Made by a program: the position numbers and the translations under genes. This document shows, one piece after another, positions 27,181-36,220 of a stretch of DNA of 62,561 nt (position 1 is the first letter of the stretch; every line of letters starts with the position of its first letter). The stretch spans positions 1 to 62,561 of the forward strand of contig CAZCCU010000003.1 of the NCBI GenBank assembly GCA_964497645.1. The letters are read 5' to 3'. Below the pieces are notes generated by a model. It worked only from the letters and a program-made list of their open reading frames with translations. It did no database searches and was not told where the DNA came from. Source of the stretch: an uncultured Methanosarcinales archaeon. GTDB taxonomy: Archaea; Nanobdellota; Nanobdellia; Woesearchaeales; ARS49.

Positions 27181-27507
27181 ATGGCATCTCGTGGAAGACC
27201 TGTTAAGTCTGAAATCCGTCAGAACATTATTGAAATTCTGAATGTTATTGGCTCTACATACGGTTATTTGCTTCACAAGTATTACAATGAGCTTTTCCCG
27301 TCGTGCACAAGAGAAAATATTTACTATAATTTGAGAAAAGGGGTCAAGTTGGGCGAATTTGAATTAGCAGAAGTCAAGCAGGAAAAGGGCGCGTACTCTT
27401 GGGGCACGGTTGTTGAAAAGAAATATTACAAGCTCGGTGCAAATGCCGCTCCAAGGGGCAATCCTAAAGTAAAAGACTTCTTTGATAAGTTGAAGCCGAG
27501 AAAGTGA
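27181..27507 (+). CDS. Small wHTH protein, PadR-like
   Basis: IIEILNVIGSTYGYLLHKYYNELFPSCTRENIYYNLRKGVKLGEF. Confidence 0.4.
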   Translation: MASRGRPVKSEIRQNIIEILNVIGSTYGYLLHKYYNELFPSCTRENIYYNLRKGVKLGEFELAEVKQEKGAYSWGTVVEKKYYKLGANAAPRGNPKVKDFFDKLKPRK

Positions 27508-28398
27508 TTATTTCTCATCCATGCTCTGCATGATTATCAAATCTTGGGTCGTTAACTTCTCTCCTTTTTTGATTTTCTGTTGAACTTCTTGCTGCAATTC
27601 TGATAATTTTCTTTTCTTTTGCGCTTCCGTCTTTAAATTCTCTTCTTTGACCTCTTCTCCAACCTGCTTTTTCAATTCAGTGAACTTTTTGAGCATTTCA
27701 TCAAGCGGTTTTCCCTTCTCTTCCAGTTCTTTTTTCCTTTCTTCTGTTTTCTTGTTCAATTCGTTCTCTTTTTTCTTTAATTCATCGACTTCTTTGCTTA
27801 ATTTCATTAGTTTCTCGTGCTTTTCCTGTGAAGGCTTGGCTTTTTCTTGTATTGTCTTATGTAGGTCGTCTGCTTTGTCCTTGAGCTGGTCGATCTCCTT
27901 GCTCAATCCGCGCGTGTTTTCCCACATTCCTGAGACTTTTTCAACGCTTTTGAGTTTTTTCTCGAGGTCTCTGACGGTTTTCATCATCTTTTTTTCTTGT
28001 TCGAAGCTTGGCGCTTCGGTTTCTATCTTGTATTGTAATCTCTCTATCTGTTGTTTGAGTGCTCCTGGGCTTTCTCGTATGCCTTGCTTTTGCTGGATGT
28101 CTTTTTTGGCGTCTGAGACTTTTTTGAACGTGCCTATTTTCTCTTTGATGCCCTTTGCCAGAACATCTCTTTCTGTTTTTGCAGTTTTGACTTCTGCTGT
28201 GAATGCGTCTCTTTCCAGCCTTAGTTTCTTGATTTCTCTGATAGAAGTTGCTATTTGTTTGCCGACGGCGTTGCGCTCAGAAAACAGCTGTTCTTTTTGG
28301 TCGTATATCTGCTTTAAACTCGTTCGAAGTTCTTTGATGTCTTTGAACAAGTCATCAATTTGGCGCTGTATGTGCTGTTTCTCTTGCGTTGTCAACAT
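27508..28398 (-). CDS. Archaeal K/E-rich coiled-coil protein
   Basis: 296 aa of almost continuous heptad-like K/E/L sequence. Confidence 0.55.
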   Translation of the reverse strand: MLTTQEKQHIQRQIDDLFKDIKELRTSLKQIYDQKEQLFSERNAVGKQIATSIREIKKLRLERDAFTAEVKTAKTERDVLAKGIKEKIGTFKKVSDAKKDIQQKQGIRESPGALKQQIERLQYKIETEAPSFEQEKKMMKTVRDLEKKLKSVEKVSGMWENTRGLSKEIDQLKDKADDLHKTIQEKAKPSQEKHEKLMKLSKEVDELKKKENELNKKTEERKKELEEKGKPLDEMLKKFTELKKQVGEEVKEENLKTEAQKKRKLSELQQEVQQKIKKGEKLTTQDLIIMQSMDEK

Positions 28399-28437
28399 GC
28401 ATTTTCCCCCGGCTAACTAAAGATAACATAAAAAATT

Positions 28438-28752
28438 TTAGCCGAAGAGTGCGCTTAGACCAGCAGCTGCTTGTTCTTCTGATTTCTTTTCATCTTCTGC
28501 TGATTTCTTCTTGTCTTCTTTCTTTTCGCCGGCTGGTGCTGCTCCTGCTGCAGGTGCTGCTGCTACCGCTACTGGTGCAGCTGCTTTCTTCATGGCTTCG
28601 TCAATGTTGACGCCTGATAGGCTTGCAACTAGTGCTTTGACTCTTGCATCGTCTGTTTTGACGCCTGCTGCTTCAAGCACTTTCTTGACGTTTGCCTCTT
28701 CTATTTTGTGCCCTGCTTTGTGGATGAGCAAAGCCGCGTATATGTATTCCAT
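28438..28752 (-). CDS. rpl12: 50S ribosomal stalk protein P1 (L12e)
   Basis: [11 protein letters not shown] at the N-terminus, an Ala/Pro hinge and a C-terminal GLSALFG. Confidence 0.88.
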   Translation of the reverse strand: MEYIYAALLIHKAGHKIEEANVKKVLEAAGVKTDDARVKALVASLSGVNIDEAMKKAAAPVAVAAAPAAGAAPAGEKKEDKKKSAEDEKKSEEQAAAGLSALFG

Positions 28753-28774
28753 TGTCTATTACCTCCGATAAGTG

Positions 28775-29635
28775 TTATTGAACTTGAACATTTCCTTCTG
28801 ATGCTACCGCTTTTGCTTGGCGTTGTGCGTTTGCCAGTATTTCTTCTACGAGTTCTGGTTCCATCACGCTGCCCTCTACACCGACTGCTTTTGCTTCTCT
28901 GTGTGCTTTTCCAAGCAGTGTCTCTATTGTGTCTTTGTTGATGAATGTGATATCGATTGCAAGGTTGAACGCTCCGCTTACCGCGCCCATCAAGTCTGCC
29001 ATAAACTTGTCTTCATCGATGTCAAGTACTGATCTTGGATAGATGATTCCTTTCTCATACACGCAGCTTAAATCAAGGCCGATTTCCATTGGCTCTATGC
29101 CAAGGCGTTGCAGCATGCTTGCTAATTTCGCGTTGATTGGCTCTCCTTCTTTGACTACTGTTGTTTCTTGTTTGATTGCGACTTTTCCGCCTTCAACTCC
29201 TGCTTTGATTCCTAATTGTGCGAATTCTGATATTACTGGTCCTGGTGTGAATGGTGTTGGTCCTGGCTGCAGGACTATGTCGCGTGGTGCTATTTGTCCT
29301 GCTTTTGCTGCTGCTGGTGTCTTGCTTTTCTTGATTATTTTGTAGAGTGCGAATGGATTTTCTTTGGTGAACATGAGTGCTGGCATGCCTGCGATTTTTT
29401 CGAGTAGTTTCTCGCCGTTTTGTAATTTTAAGTCTTTGAGGCCGTGCTGGATCAGGGTTTTTCTTGTCATGACAAGCTCTACTTTTCCTCTGAGCTGTTT
29501 TTTCATCTGTAAGAGGCTGCCTGCTGGCAGGTTTTCCATGTTCAGAAGCCCGATTATTGGGTATTGTTTTCCTAGTGTGACTATTTTTTTGACTACTTCT
29601 TTCTTTTCTGGTGCTGCTTTGGAGGTTTTGGCCAT
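28775..29635 (-). CDS. rpl10: 50S ribosomal protein uL10 (P0)
   Basis: Position between L1 and P1. N-terminal L10 domain. Confidence 0.85.
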   Translation of the reverse strand: MAKTSKAAPEKKEVVKKIVTLGKQYPIIGLLNMENLPAGSLLQMKKQLRGKVELVMTRKTLIQHGLKDLKLQNGEKLLEKIAGMPALMFTKENPFALYKIIKKSKTPAAAKAGQIAPRDIVLQPGPTPFTPGPVISEFAQLGIKAGVEGGKVAIKQETTVVKEGEPINAKLASMLQRLGIEPMEIGLDLSCVYEKGIIYPRSVLDIDEDKFMADLMGAVSGAFNLAIDITFINKDTIETLLGKAHREAKAVGVEGSVMEPELVEEILANAQRQAKAVASEGNVQVQ

Positions 29636-30432
29636 TATGCTTCACCCTCCTGAGCCTGCTCAGGAGACTCGCCGGAACTCTGTTTCGGCGATGCCTCTTT
29701 GGCTTTCTTGCTCTTCTTCGGCTTCTCAGCAGCTTCTTTTGCTGACTCTGGTGCAGCAACTTTTGGCGCTTCTATGCCCTTCTCTGTTATCTTTACCGGT
29801 GCGCTCATTGTGAATTTCAAAAGAATGGACTTGATGTTGAATGTTTCTTGTGGTAATTTTGATAGTACGTTGGTGTAGATTGCCATCATGTTTTCTGCTA
29901 TTTGTTCGTCCGGCATGTCTTCTATGCCGACCATTACTTTTACGCTTGGCTGTAGTTTTGCAGAGACTTTGGTTGTCTTTCGCAGGGTTTCAGTCAGTGC
30001 TTTCAGGTTGGCGTTTGGCAGAACAACACAGCCTGCTTTTGGGTTCGGCATTTTGCCTCTAGGACCAAACACCCGTCCGAAGGTCTTTGCAACGTCTGGC
30101 ATGATGTCCACTTGTGCGATAAAGTAATCATACTGTCTTGCCAGCTTCTTGACTTCTTTCTTGTTGGCTGCGTATTGTGGGAAATTGTCATGAAGAATTA
30201 CGACATCACAGTTCGCTTTTGCCTGGTCTGCTAGTTCTGGTCCAACCAGTGCGCCGACTTTTATTGGTTTTCCCTTGTCAAATGGCAGTTTTACCCAGAG
30301 TTCGACTTGTTCTTCTGGTTTTTTGAGATCAAGATGTCTTAAGTTGATGATGAAGTCGTATGTCTGTTTGAACTTTCGTTTAGGAAGAGCTTTCAGTGCT
30401 TGTATTGCTTCAATAAATATTTTTTTGTCCAT
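29635..30432 (-). CDS. rpl1: 50S ribosomal protein uL1 with about 50-aa charged C-terminal extension
   Basis: YDYFIAQVDIMPDVAKTFGRVFGPRGKMPNP. ATG at 30432 (the track start 30450 is GTG). Confidence 0.88.
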   Translation of the reverse strand: MDKKIFIEAIQALKALPKRKFKQTYDFIINLRHLDLKKPEEQVELWVKLPFDKGKPIKVGALVGPELADQAKANCDVVILHDNFPQYAANKKEVKKLARQYDYFIAQVDIMPDVAKTFGRVFGPRGKMPNPKAGCVVLPNANLKALTETLRKTTKVSAKLQPSVKVMVGIEDMPDEQIAENMMAIYTNVLSKLPQETFNIKSILLKFTMSAPVKITEKGIEAPKVAAPESAKEAAEKPKKSKKAKEASPKQSSGESPEQAQEGEA

Positions 30433-30494
30433 ATAATAGCTCCCTTCCACCTAAGTGGTTTAGTTAGTGGGATACGTGCTGGGATGATGGAAGA

Positions 30495-30502
30495 TTTATA
30501 AA
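30495..30502 (+). promoter_or_regulatory. TATA box TTTATAAA
   Basis: Lies in the divergent region between rpl1 and the 30537 gene. Confidence 0.5.
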
Positions 30503-30536
30503 ACTTGCGTCCAAACACGCTATTTATGGGGGCTTT

Positions 30537-32054
30537 GTGAAAGGGCACTTTTGGGTTTTGTTTGTGTGGATTTCTCTAATCGTGCTAAGCGTAGCAGTCT
30601 TGGGCCAAGAATATCATGGTAGTCCTGAGCATCTAGAGGATTTTGAAGCACTCAACGTAACCAGTCTTAAAACCCCTGCGTATGTAGGAGTTGAAAATAT
30701 GTCCATTAATGTAACATTGATGGATGACACGCTTAAGATGCCCACGCGCATAAAGATATCTGCTGATGGAAAGTACATGTTCGTTGCTGAGTTGTATTCA
30801 GGAGAAGTAATTCTATATGTTCGCGAGGATAGCTACTGGCACCGACAAAAAATGCCCTTTTACGATGTTGGGGATTTGAATGTTGAGGGTGAAAGAGGAA
30901 TGACAGGACTTTTCTTCGGCGCCGGCTTTGATCCTGACGCAGAAGATCCGGTTTTGAGAGATGTATTCGTAACATATCAAATTTATGAAAATGATAAGTT
31001 CCGTAATAGGATTACGCGGGTTACCTTTACAAAAACAAAAAATGGGACCTATAGTGGTGCTGACCCTCAGATGATTTATGAAGGCCCGAGGCCTGGTTCT
31101 TCAGCGCACCAGATTCAGGATGGTATTGGTTTTGAGTATGAAGGCGCTCCTCATATCTTGGTGAGTATAGGAGACGGAAAGATGAGATCTTTTGCATTGA
31201 ATGCAAGCAGAGAAGGAAACGGAAAGCTGTTGTTGATGCAAAGAGATGGCTCAGATCCTTTGGGACCGCGTCCGTTCCCTGAATATCCTAATGTACAAGC
31301 CATTGGGTTGAGGAACACTTACGGCATTTTGATGCTTCCCGCCTCAATCGATTCACGACGAAGAATTTTCGGCGCAGAGAATGGAGAGAGCAAAAATGAT
31401 CGGCTTTGGTTTTTGGAAGCTGTTGATTTTGGTCATGAAGAAGACGCTCAAGTAAGCCTTGGCTGGAGTGGTTCTGACTCAGATAGGGGGTGGACTTCTG
31501 TCATAGATGTTAACACGCCTGGACCGATTAAACCAGAGGCAGTGGTTGCTTTACTTTCATCGCCAATTGTTTCTCCCACATCCGTGAGCTTACATCCAGG
31601 TAAAGGCGTTATTCCAAAATCAAAGGAAAACGAAGCTTCCATCTTAATTGTATATTACGGAAAAACCGGTTCTAAGGAAAATAAACCAGGTAAAGAAATT
31701 GTTTTGGGTCATCTAACTAACCTTGGTAATCAACCGTTTCTGGACCTAATTCCTATTATTGAGAGAAGCCCAGAAGCTGAAGGCACGTTAGGAAATCCTG
31801 TTGCCATGGATGTTGATCCGACTACAGGTGATATTTACTTCGCTGACATAATTACAGGAGAATTATATCGCGCCGTTATAGAAGGTGATGAAAGTGACGG
31901 GGGACAGCTTACCGGAATGGTCACAGAAGAGCTGGATAATACGTTTTCATTTATCAAAAAAGGTAACGGTGCAACTATGCTGCTAGCTGCGAACGCAGTT
32001 TTGCTCGTAATTTTGATCCTGGTTGTTGCTTTTAAGATGAAGAAAATGAAATAG
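30537..32054 (+). CDS. Secreted beta-propeller, glucose/sorbosone dehydrogenase-like, with C-terminal TM anchor
   Basis: Signal peptide. HQIQDGIGFEYEGAPHILVSIGDG, AIGLRNTYGI. C-terminal LLAANAVLLVILILVVAF. Confidence 0.5.
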   Translation: MKGHFWVLFVWISLIVLSVAVLGQEYHGSPEHLEDFEALNVTSLKTPAYVGVENMSINVTLMDDTLKMPTRIKISADGKYMFVAELYSGEVILYVREDSYWHRQKMPFYDVGDLNVEGERGMTGLFFGAGFDPDAEDPVLRDVFVTYQIYENDKFRNRITRVTFTKTKNGTYSGADPQMIYEGPRPGSSAHQIQDGIGFEYEGAPHILVSIGDGKMRSFALNASREGNGKLLLMQRDGSDPLGPRPFPEYPNVQAIGLRNTYGILMLPASIDSRRRIFGAENGESKNDRLWFLEAVDFGHEEDAQVSLGWSGSDSDRGWTSVIDVNTPGPIKPEAVVALLSSPIVSPTSVSLHPGKGVIPKSKENEASILIVYYGKTGSKENKPGKEIVLGHLTNLGNQPFLDLIPIIERSPEAEGTLGNPVAMDVDPTTGDIYFADIITGELYRAVIEGDESDGGQLTGMVTEELDNTFSFIKKGNGATMLLAANAVLLVILILVVAFKMKKMK

Positions 32055-32087
32055 TATTGAGCGACAGAGGGTCATTTATGCGCTTTT

Positions 32088-32795
32088 CTACTTGCCAAAC
32101 CTTCTTCCTCTGCTGTTGTACTCTTCTATGCACGCTATTAAGTCTTCTTTTTCTATTTCTGGCCAGAGTTTTTCAATGAATATTAACTCGCTGTAGGTGC
32201 TTTGCCAGGTTAGGAAGTTGCTTGATCTTTGTTCTCCGCCTGTTCTTAATACTAGGTCTGGTGCTGAGTCAAGCCATAAGTGCTTTCCAATCTCTTTTTC
32301 ATCAATTTTAGCCGGATCTATTGTGCCCTCTTTGGCTTCGGCAGCTATTTTTTGCACAGCGTCTATGATTTCTTCTCTTCCGCCGTATGCCATTGCGAAG
32401 TTGATTCTTCGAGGACTGTTATTTTTGGTTGCTTCCATGACTTTGTTCTGTAATTCTTGCACGTCTTTTGGCAGCATCCATTGTCTGCCGATGAAATTTA
32501 CCCTTACTCCGTTTTTCCTCATTTTTTCTAATTCCTCTGGTTGAAGGAGGTGTTCGAATTCTGCTCGGAATACTTTCATTATGTACTCGAATTCTTCTTT
32601 TGGCCTGTCGAAGTTTTGTACTGAGAACACGTAAGCAGTTATCTCCTCAATTCCAAGTTCGTGGCACCAGTCTGTGAATTTTCTGAACTTCTCAGCGCCC
32701 CATTCATGTCCTTTCCAGGGCTTGAGCATCAATCTTTTGGCAAATCGTCTGTTTCCGTCTAAAATAACGCCTATGTGTTTTGGCACTTCACTCAT
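32088..32795 (-). CDS. uppS: cis-prenyltransferase (undecaprenyl diphosphate synthase family)
   Basis: HIGVILDGNRRFAKR and RTGGEQRSSNFLTWQSTYSELIF. Confidence 0.92.
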   Translation of the reverse strand: MSEVPKHIGVILDGNRRFAKRLMLKPWKGHEWGAEKFRKFTDWCHELGIEEITAYVFSVQNFDRPKEEFEYIMKVFRAEFEHLLQPEELEKMRKNGVRVNFIGRQWMLPKDVQELQNKVMEATKNNSPRRINFAMAYGGREEIIDAVQKIAAEAKEGTIDPAKIDEKEIGKHLWLDSAPDLVLRTGGEQRSSNFLTWQSTYSELIFIEKLWPEIEKEDLIACIEEYNSRGRRFGK

Positions 32796-33280
32796 TGTGT
32801 CTTCACCTGCTCGAATAAATGTACGAATTGTTCGTTGCTCAGCTTCAATCCCGCCTCAAGTACTAGATTCGCCAGTTTTTTGGCGCTTTCGTCTGGTTTT
32901 TCGTCAGGGACAAAAGCAAGAAGTTGTTGCCAAGTGTGGTCGCATAAAAATCCTTCGTTCATGCCGAGTACGACTTTCTTGTTCTTTTCCCGTACTGTCT
33001 TTTCATTCAAATCAACGACAATACTTTCTTGCCTGAGTACGTTTCCTTCTCGTATGAATCCGTGGTTTGATAGTTCTTGTGCTGCTGCTTCCAGTATTGC
33101 TTGCTGTATTCCGATAGGCAGTTCTGCCATTCCTTCAGAATATCTGGTGAGTGTGTGCGTTTTGCCTAAATACTTAGAAACTCTTTGTCTGCTTCCCCAA
33201 GGTGTCCATTCATTCTCTACTAGGTAAGCGTATGGTCTTCCGCTGATTTTTTTGACGCGTACAAACATAGCACTAGGCAC
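32792..33280 (-). CDS. Hypothetical protein
   Basis: 162 aa, with an ATGA overlap to uppS. Confidence 0.5.
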   Translation of the reverse strand: MPSAMFVRVKKISGRPYAYLVENEWTPWGSRQRVSKYLGKTHTLTRYSEGMAELPIGIQQAILEAAAQELSNHGFIREGNVLRQESIVVDLNEKTVREKNKKVVLGMNEGFLCDHTWQQLLAFVPDEKPDESAKKLANLVLEAGLKLSNEQFVHLFEQVKTQ

Positions 33281-33323
33281 TATGGCTCTTATTTTTATAC
33301 TTTATGTTTTCAAGAAGATGAAT

Positions 33324-33596
33324 TTACTTTAGTTCTTTCGCTTCTGCCTTGACTTTTTCGAGGTCTTTCTGTATTCTTTTCGCAGCAGCAATGAGTGTCT
33401 TCTTTGGATCTGCGCCGTCTGTGTCGACAATGAATCGTGGAATCTCAATAAGCGGGTGTTCGATTGCGTACGCTGCTGCTTTAACGTGTTCGTCGTTCCA
33501 TAGTTCTTTGCGCAATGCGTTGCTTAACGTGTGTCCTTCACCTTTGATTTCAAAGATGATTTTGTCCTTTTTTTCCTCGAGAATGTTGACTTCCAT
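33324..33596 (-). CDS. rpoL: DNA-directed RNA polymerase subunit L (Rpo11)
   Basis: GEGHTLSNALRKELWNDEHVKAAAYAIEHPL. Confidence 0.75.
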   Translation of the reverse strand: MEVNILEEKKDKIIFEIKGEGHTLSNALRKELWNDEHVKAAAYAIEHPLIEIPRFIVDTDGADPKKTLIAAAKRIQKDLEKVKAEAKELK

Positions 33597-33615
33597 ATTC
33601 GTTGGGGCTAGTGTC

Positions 33616-34326
33616 TTACTTATAAACTTTTTGGCTTAATGCAACAATCTGCGCGACTGCTGTTATGCCTGCAGTCTCAGTGCGTAATATCGTCGGCCCA
33701 AGCGAGACGAATGTGCATCCTGCTTCTTTTGCTGCCGCAAGCTCTGCTTCGGTGAAGTCTCCTTCTGGTCCAACTATTGCAAGCACGGTTGCGCATTCAC
33801 AATACGCCTTGACAAGTGGTTGTCCTGTTTTGTGGCATAAAAACGCGTGATTGTAATTTTTTATCGTCGATAAAACCTCGGCAAACGGTATAGGAACAGA
33901 TATCGTAGGCACTATGCTTCTCTCACTTTGCGCACATGCTTCTAGTGCGATCCTTCGCAGTCTTTCTATTTTTGCCTCTCTTGGCTGTACAACGCTCCTG
34001 CTGCAAATGATAGGCACTATGCTACTAGCTCCTATTTCACTCACTTTTTCTACGAGAACATCCATTCTATCCCCTTTAGGCACCGCGATTGCGAGTGTTA
34101 TATTGACTTTGGGCTCTTCCCTAGGCTTTATTGCCTTCTCTGGGAGCATTCTGCCTTTACTCACTTTTTCAGAATAAACAGCTTCAAATTCGTGTCCTTT
34201 GCCATCAAATACTCCTATTTTCTCTCCTTCTTTCAATCTGAGAACCTTCAGGTGCCTAATTTGGTCTCTTGTAAGGGCTATTTCCTTGTCAAGTTCAGCT
34301 CCTGGAACGTATAATCGAACTCTCAC
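33616..34326 (-). CDS. rsmE: 16S rRNA (uracil-N3)-methyltransferase RsmE family
   Basis: PKGDRMDVLVEKVSEIGASSIVPI and IVGPEGDFTEAE...LGPTILRTETA. Confidence 0.7.
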   Translation of the reverse strand: MRVRLYVPGAELDKEIALTRDQIRHLKVLRLKEGEKIGVFDGKGHEFEAVYSEKVSKGRMLPEKAIKPREEPKVNITLAIAVPKGDRMDVLVEKVSEIGASSIVPIICSRSVVQPREAKIERLRRIALEACAQSERSIVPTISVPIPFAEVLSTIKNYNHAFLCHKTGQPLVKAYCECATVLAIVGPEGDFTEAELAAAKEAGCTFVSLGPTILRTETAGITAVAQIVALSQKVYK

Positions 34327-34622
34327 TTTTTGCTCACAAATTCATAGTTTTTAATAATCTTCTGGTGCCCAACTAACATTGAGGTTCTTAACCCTTGAAC
34401 TTTTAGGCACTACGTCAACAACCAAAACGTGATGTTGTCAAAATGACTCTGATGTCGCCAATCTGACTTATTTCTGTCAGTTTGACAAATTTTTTCCCGC
34501 ACCCTGTTTCCAGCCAAAAACCCGGTCACGGTCAAGGCTTATTTCGCTACGATCAATCGCAACTCAGTTTGGACTGTCTGGTTGTTAACCCAGGTAAGGA
34601 ATACCTCCTATTTTAATGTTTC

Positions 34623-34881
34623 TGTCCTGTCCCAGACCTGTCCCAGTCCTGAGACGGTCCTGAGACCGTCCCAGTTGCACATATAATATAGTCGAATAAT
34701 CAGTCCTAAGATAGTCCCAAATTAGTCCCAATCAAATCCTGAGACTGTCCTGGGACGGTCCTGAGACTATCTTGAGACGTTCCCAGGACTGTCCCAGTCC
34801 CAGCATTTTATCGTCGATAAATTAGTCCTGGGACGGTCCGAAATAGTCCCAGTCCCAAACACACATATGGGACCGTCCCAT
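34623..34881. repeat. Dense iteron array built on GTCC(C/T)(A/G)R
   Basis: I count 18 top-strand GTCC tetramers in about 260 bp. The longer unit GTCCTGRGAC occurs about 6 times and GTCCCAG about 6 times. Hairpin GACGGTC-CTGA-GACCGTC at 34653-34670. Palindrome ATGGGACCGTCCCAT at 34867-34881. Confidence 0.85.
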
Positions 34882-34899
34882 GACTGCACAACAATAAAC

Positions 34900-34907
34900 T
34901 TTTTAAA
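34900..34907 (+). promoter_or_regulatory. TATA-like TTTTTAAA
   Basis: Lies 23 nt upstream of the ATG at 34930 and immediately after the last iteron. Confidence 0.45.
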
Positions 34908-34929
34908 TGAAGTTCCATTAGCACCTTTC

Positions 34930-35610
34930 ATGTTTGATTTTTTTGGAACAACAAAAAAGATGGCTGAGATGGACAGGTCTGTCTCGCAGTCGTTCGCGAA
35001 GGTGAAGCAGGATACAGAGTCTCTTTACCAGTGGGTGAGCTACTTGTACCAGCAAAACCAGCAGCTCGTCGAGCAGAACGCTGCCTTGAAGCGTCTTACG
35101 GAAGAGCAAAAATTTGCTCTGAACGAAGTGAAAGTTACAGTTCAGCACTTGCCGAAGACGCCGCATGAGATCAAAACAATCGTCGAGCAGTACTACAACT
35201 TCGAGCCGATTCTTCAAAGAATCAAGCACATCGAATCAAAGATTGAACTGCTCGAGATTCGTCGTCAAGAGAGGCCTGTTTTCCGCCCTTTGGATCACCA
35301 ATCTCCTAGCGTGAGCGCTCCTGTTGCCGTCGAAAGGACGTCAAGCACCGCTTTGAAGGAAAAGCTTATGCGCAAGCTTGCCCGCAATAGCAAGGACTAC
35401 ATCAAGAATCTCGTCCTGGGCCTTGTGCACAAGTACGGGAAGATGGGCGCTCTCCAGCTCAGAGAGATTGTAGTGGAAGAACAAGGCCTGTGCTCAAAAT
35501 CAAGCTTTTACCGCGTTCTGGAAGAGATGGAAAAAGAGAGCTCATTGCAGATTATCAGCGACGGAAAACACACTGTTTACGTGGCTGCTGCTCAGCACGC
35601 AGCGCAATAA
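34930..35610 (+). CDS. Coiled-coil protein with C-terminal winged-helix domain
   Basis: N-terminal heptads. C-terminal LVHKYGKMGALQLREIVVEEQGLCSKSSFYRVLEEMEKE...DGKHTVYV. The track start 34867 lies inside the iteron palindrome, so the ATG at 34930 is preferred. Confidence 0.55.
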   Translation: MFDFFGTTKKMAEMDRSVSQSFAKVKQDTESLYQWVSYLYQQNQQLVEQNAALKRLTEEQKFALNEVKVTVQHLPKTPHEIKTIVEQYYNFEPILQRIKHIESKIELLEIRRQERPVFRPLDHQSPSVSAPVAVERTSSTALKEKLMRKLARNSKDYIKNLVLGLVHKYGKMGALQLREIVVEEQGLCSKSSFYRVLEEMEKESSLQIISDGKHTVYVAAAQHAAQ

Positions 35611-35683
35611 GAAACCTATTTTTTTCCCTACCGCAAATCTTTTAAACAACTCTCCTTTCCAAAAAACCATTCGACTAAATGGG

Positions 35684-36220
35684 GTGGTTGAAATTCGTGA
35701 CAAGCAAGAGTTATTGCTGTCGAGTGATGCAGATGTGTTCCGCCAGGAACTCTCCGTAGTGCTGTCGTGCATGAGGGAGGAGTTGGACGACCACAGATTG
35801 GCCGTTAATGAGAACACTGATGAGCTTGCAGCGACGAACGAGTTCTTGAATGAACTCTCAAAAAAGCTGGACAAGCTGACAGAGCGTGTTGACGAGCTTA
35901 CCTTGCACGTCAAGGGCCGGAAAGAGGAGAAGAAATTCCAGATTGAGCCATTGACGAACAAGGAGAAGGAAGTCTTCCAGGCGCTTTATTTGCTCACCGA
36001 GAGTCAGCCTTATGCCTCTTACGAGCATATTGCGAGAAAGACCATGCTGGCAAAGGGTGTCGTGATGGACCTCGCTACCTGCATGATTCAGAAGGGTGTG
36101 CCGATTGTGAAGAAGCTTGACGGCACAACTGTTTTCTTGAAGCTTGATGCAGAATTCCGTCAATTGCAGGCCAAGCAGAACATTATTGGCTTGAATTCTC
36201 TTCTGTCGGCGTGGGGTTAG
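35684..36220 (+). CDS. Coiled-coil protein with C-terminal winged-helix domain (same architecture as the upstream gene)
   Basis: LTNKEKEVFQALYLLTESQPYASYEHIARKTMLAKGVVMDLATCMIQKGVPIVKKLDGTTVFLKL. Confidence 0.55.
   Translation: MVEIRDKQELLLSSDADVFRQELSVVLSCMREELDDHRLAVNENTDELAATNEFLNELSKKLDKLTERVDELTLHVKGRKEEKKFQIEPLTNKEKEVFQALYLLTESQPYASYEHIARKTMLAKGVVMDLATCMIQKGVPIVKKLDGTTVFLKLDAEFRQLQAKQNIIGLNSLLSAWG

Noticed and set aside
27647-28420. 257-aa Ser/Phe-rich ORF
   Set aside because: It is the antisense reading of the K/E-rich coiled-coil gene (GAA/AAG repeats read as TTC/CTT).
34623-34881. CRISPR array interpretation of the repeat-dense region
   Set aside because: The repeat units are only 7-11 bp and directly abut or overlap without unique 30-40 bp spacers. 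No cas genes are adjacent.
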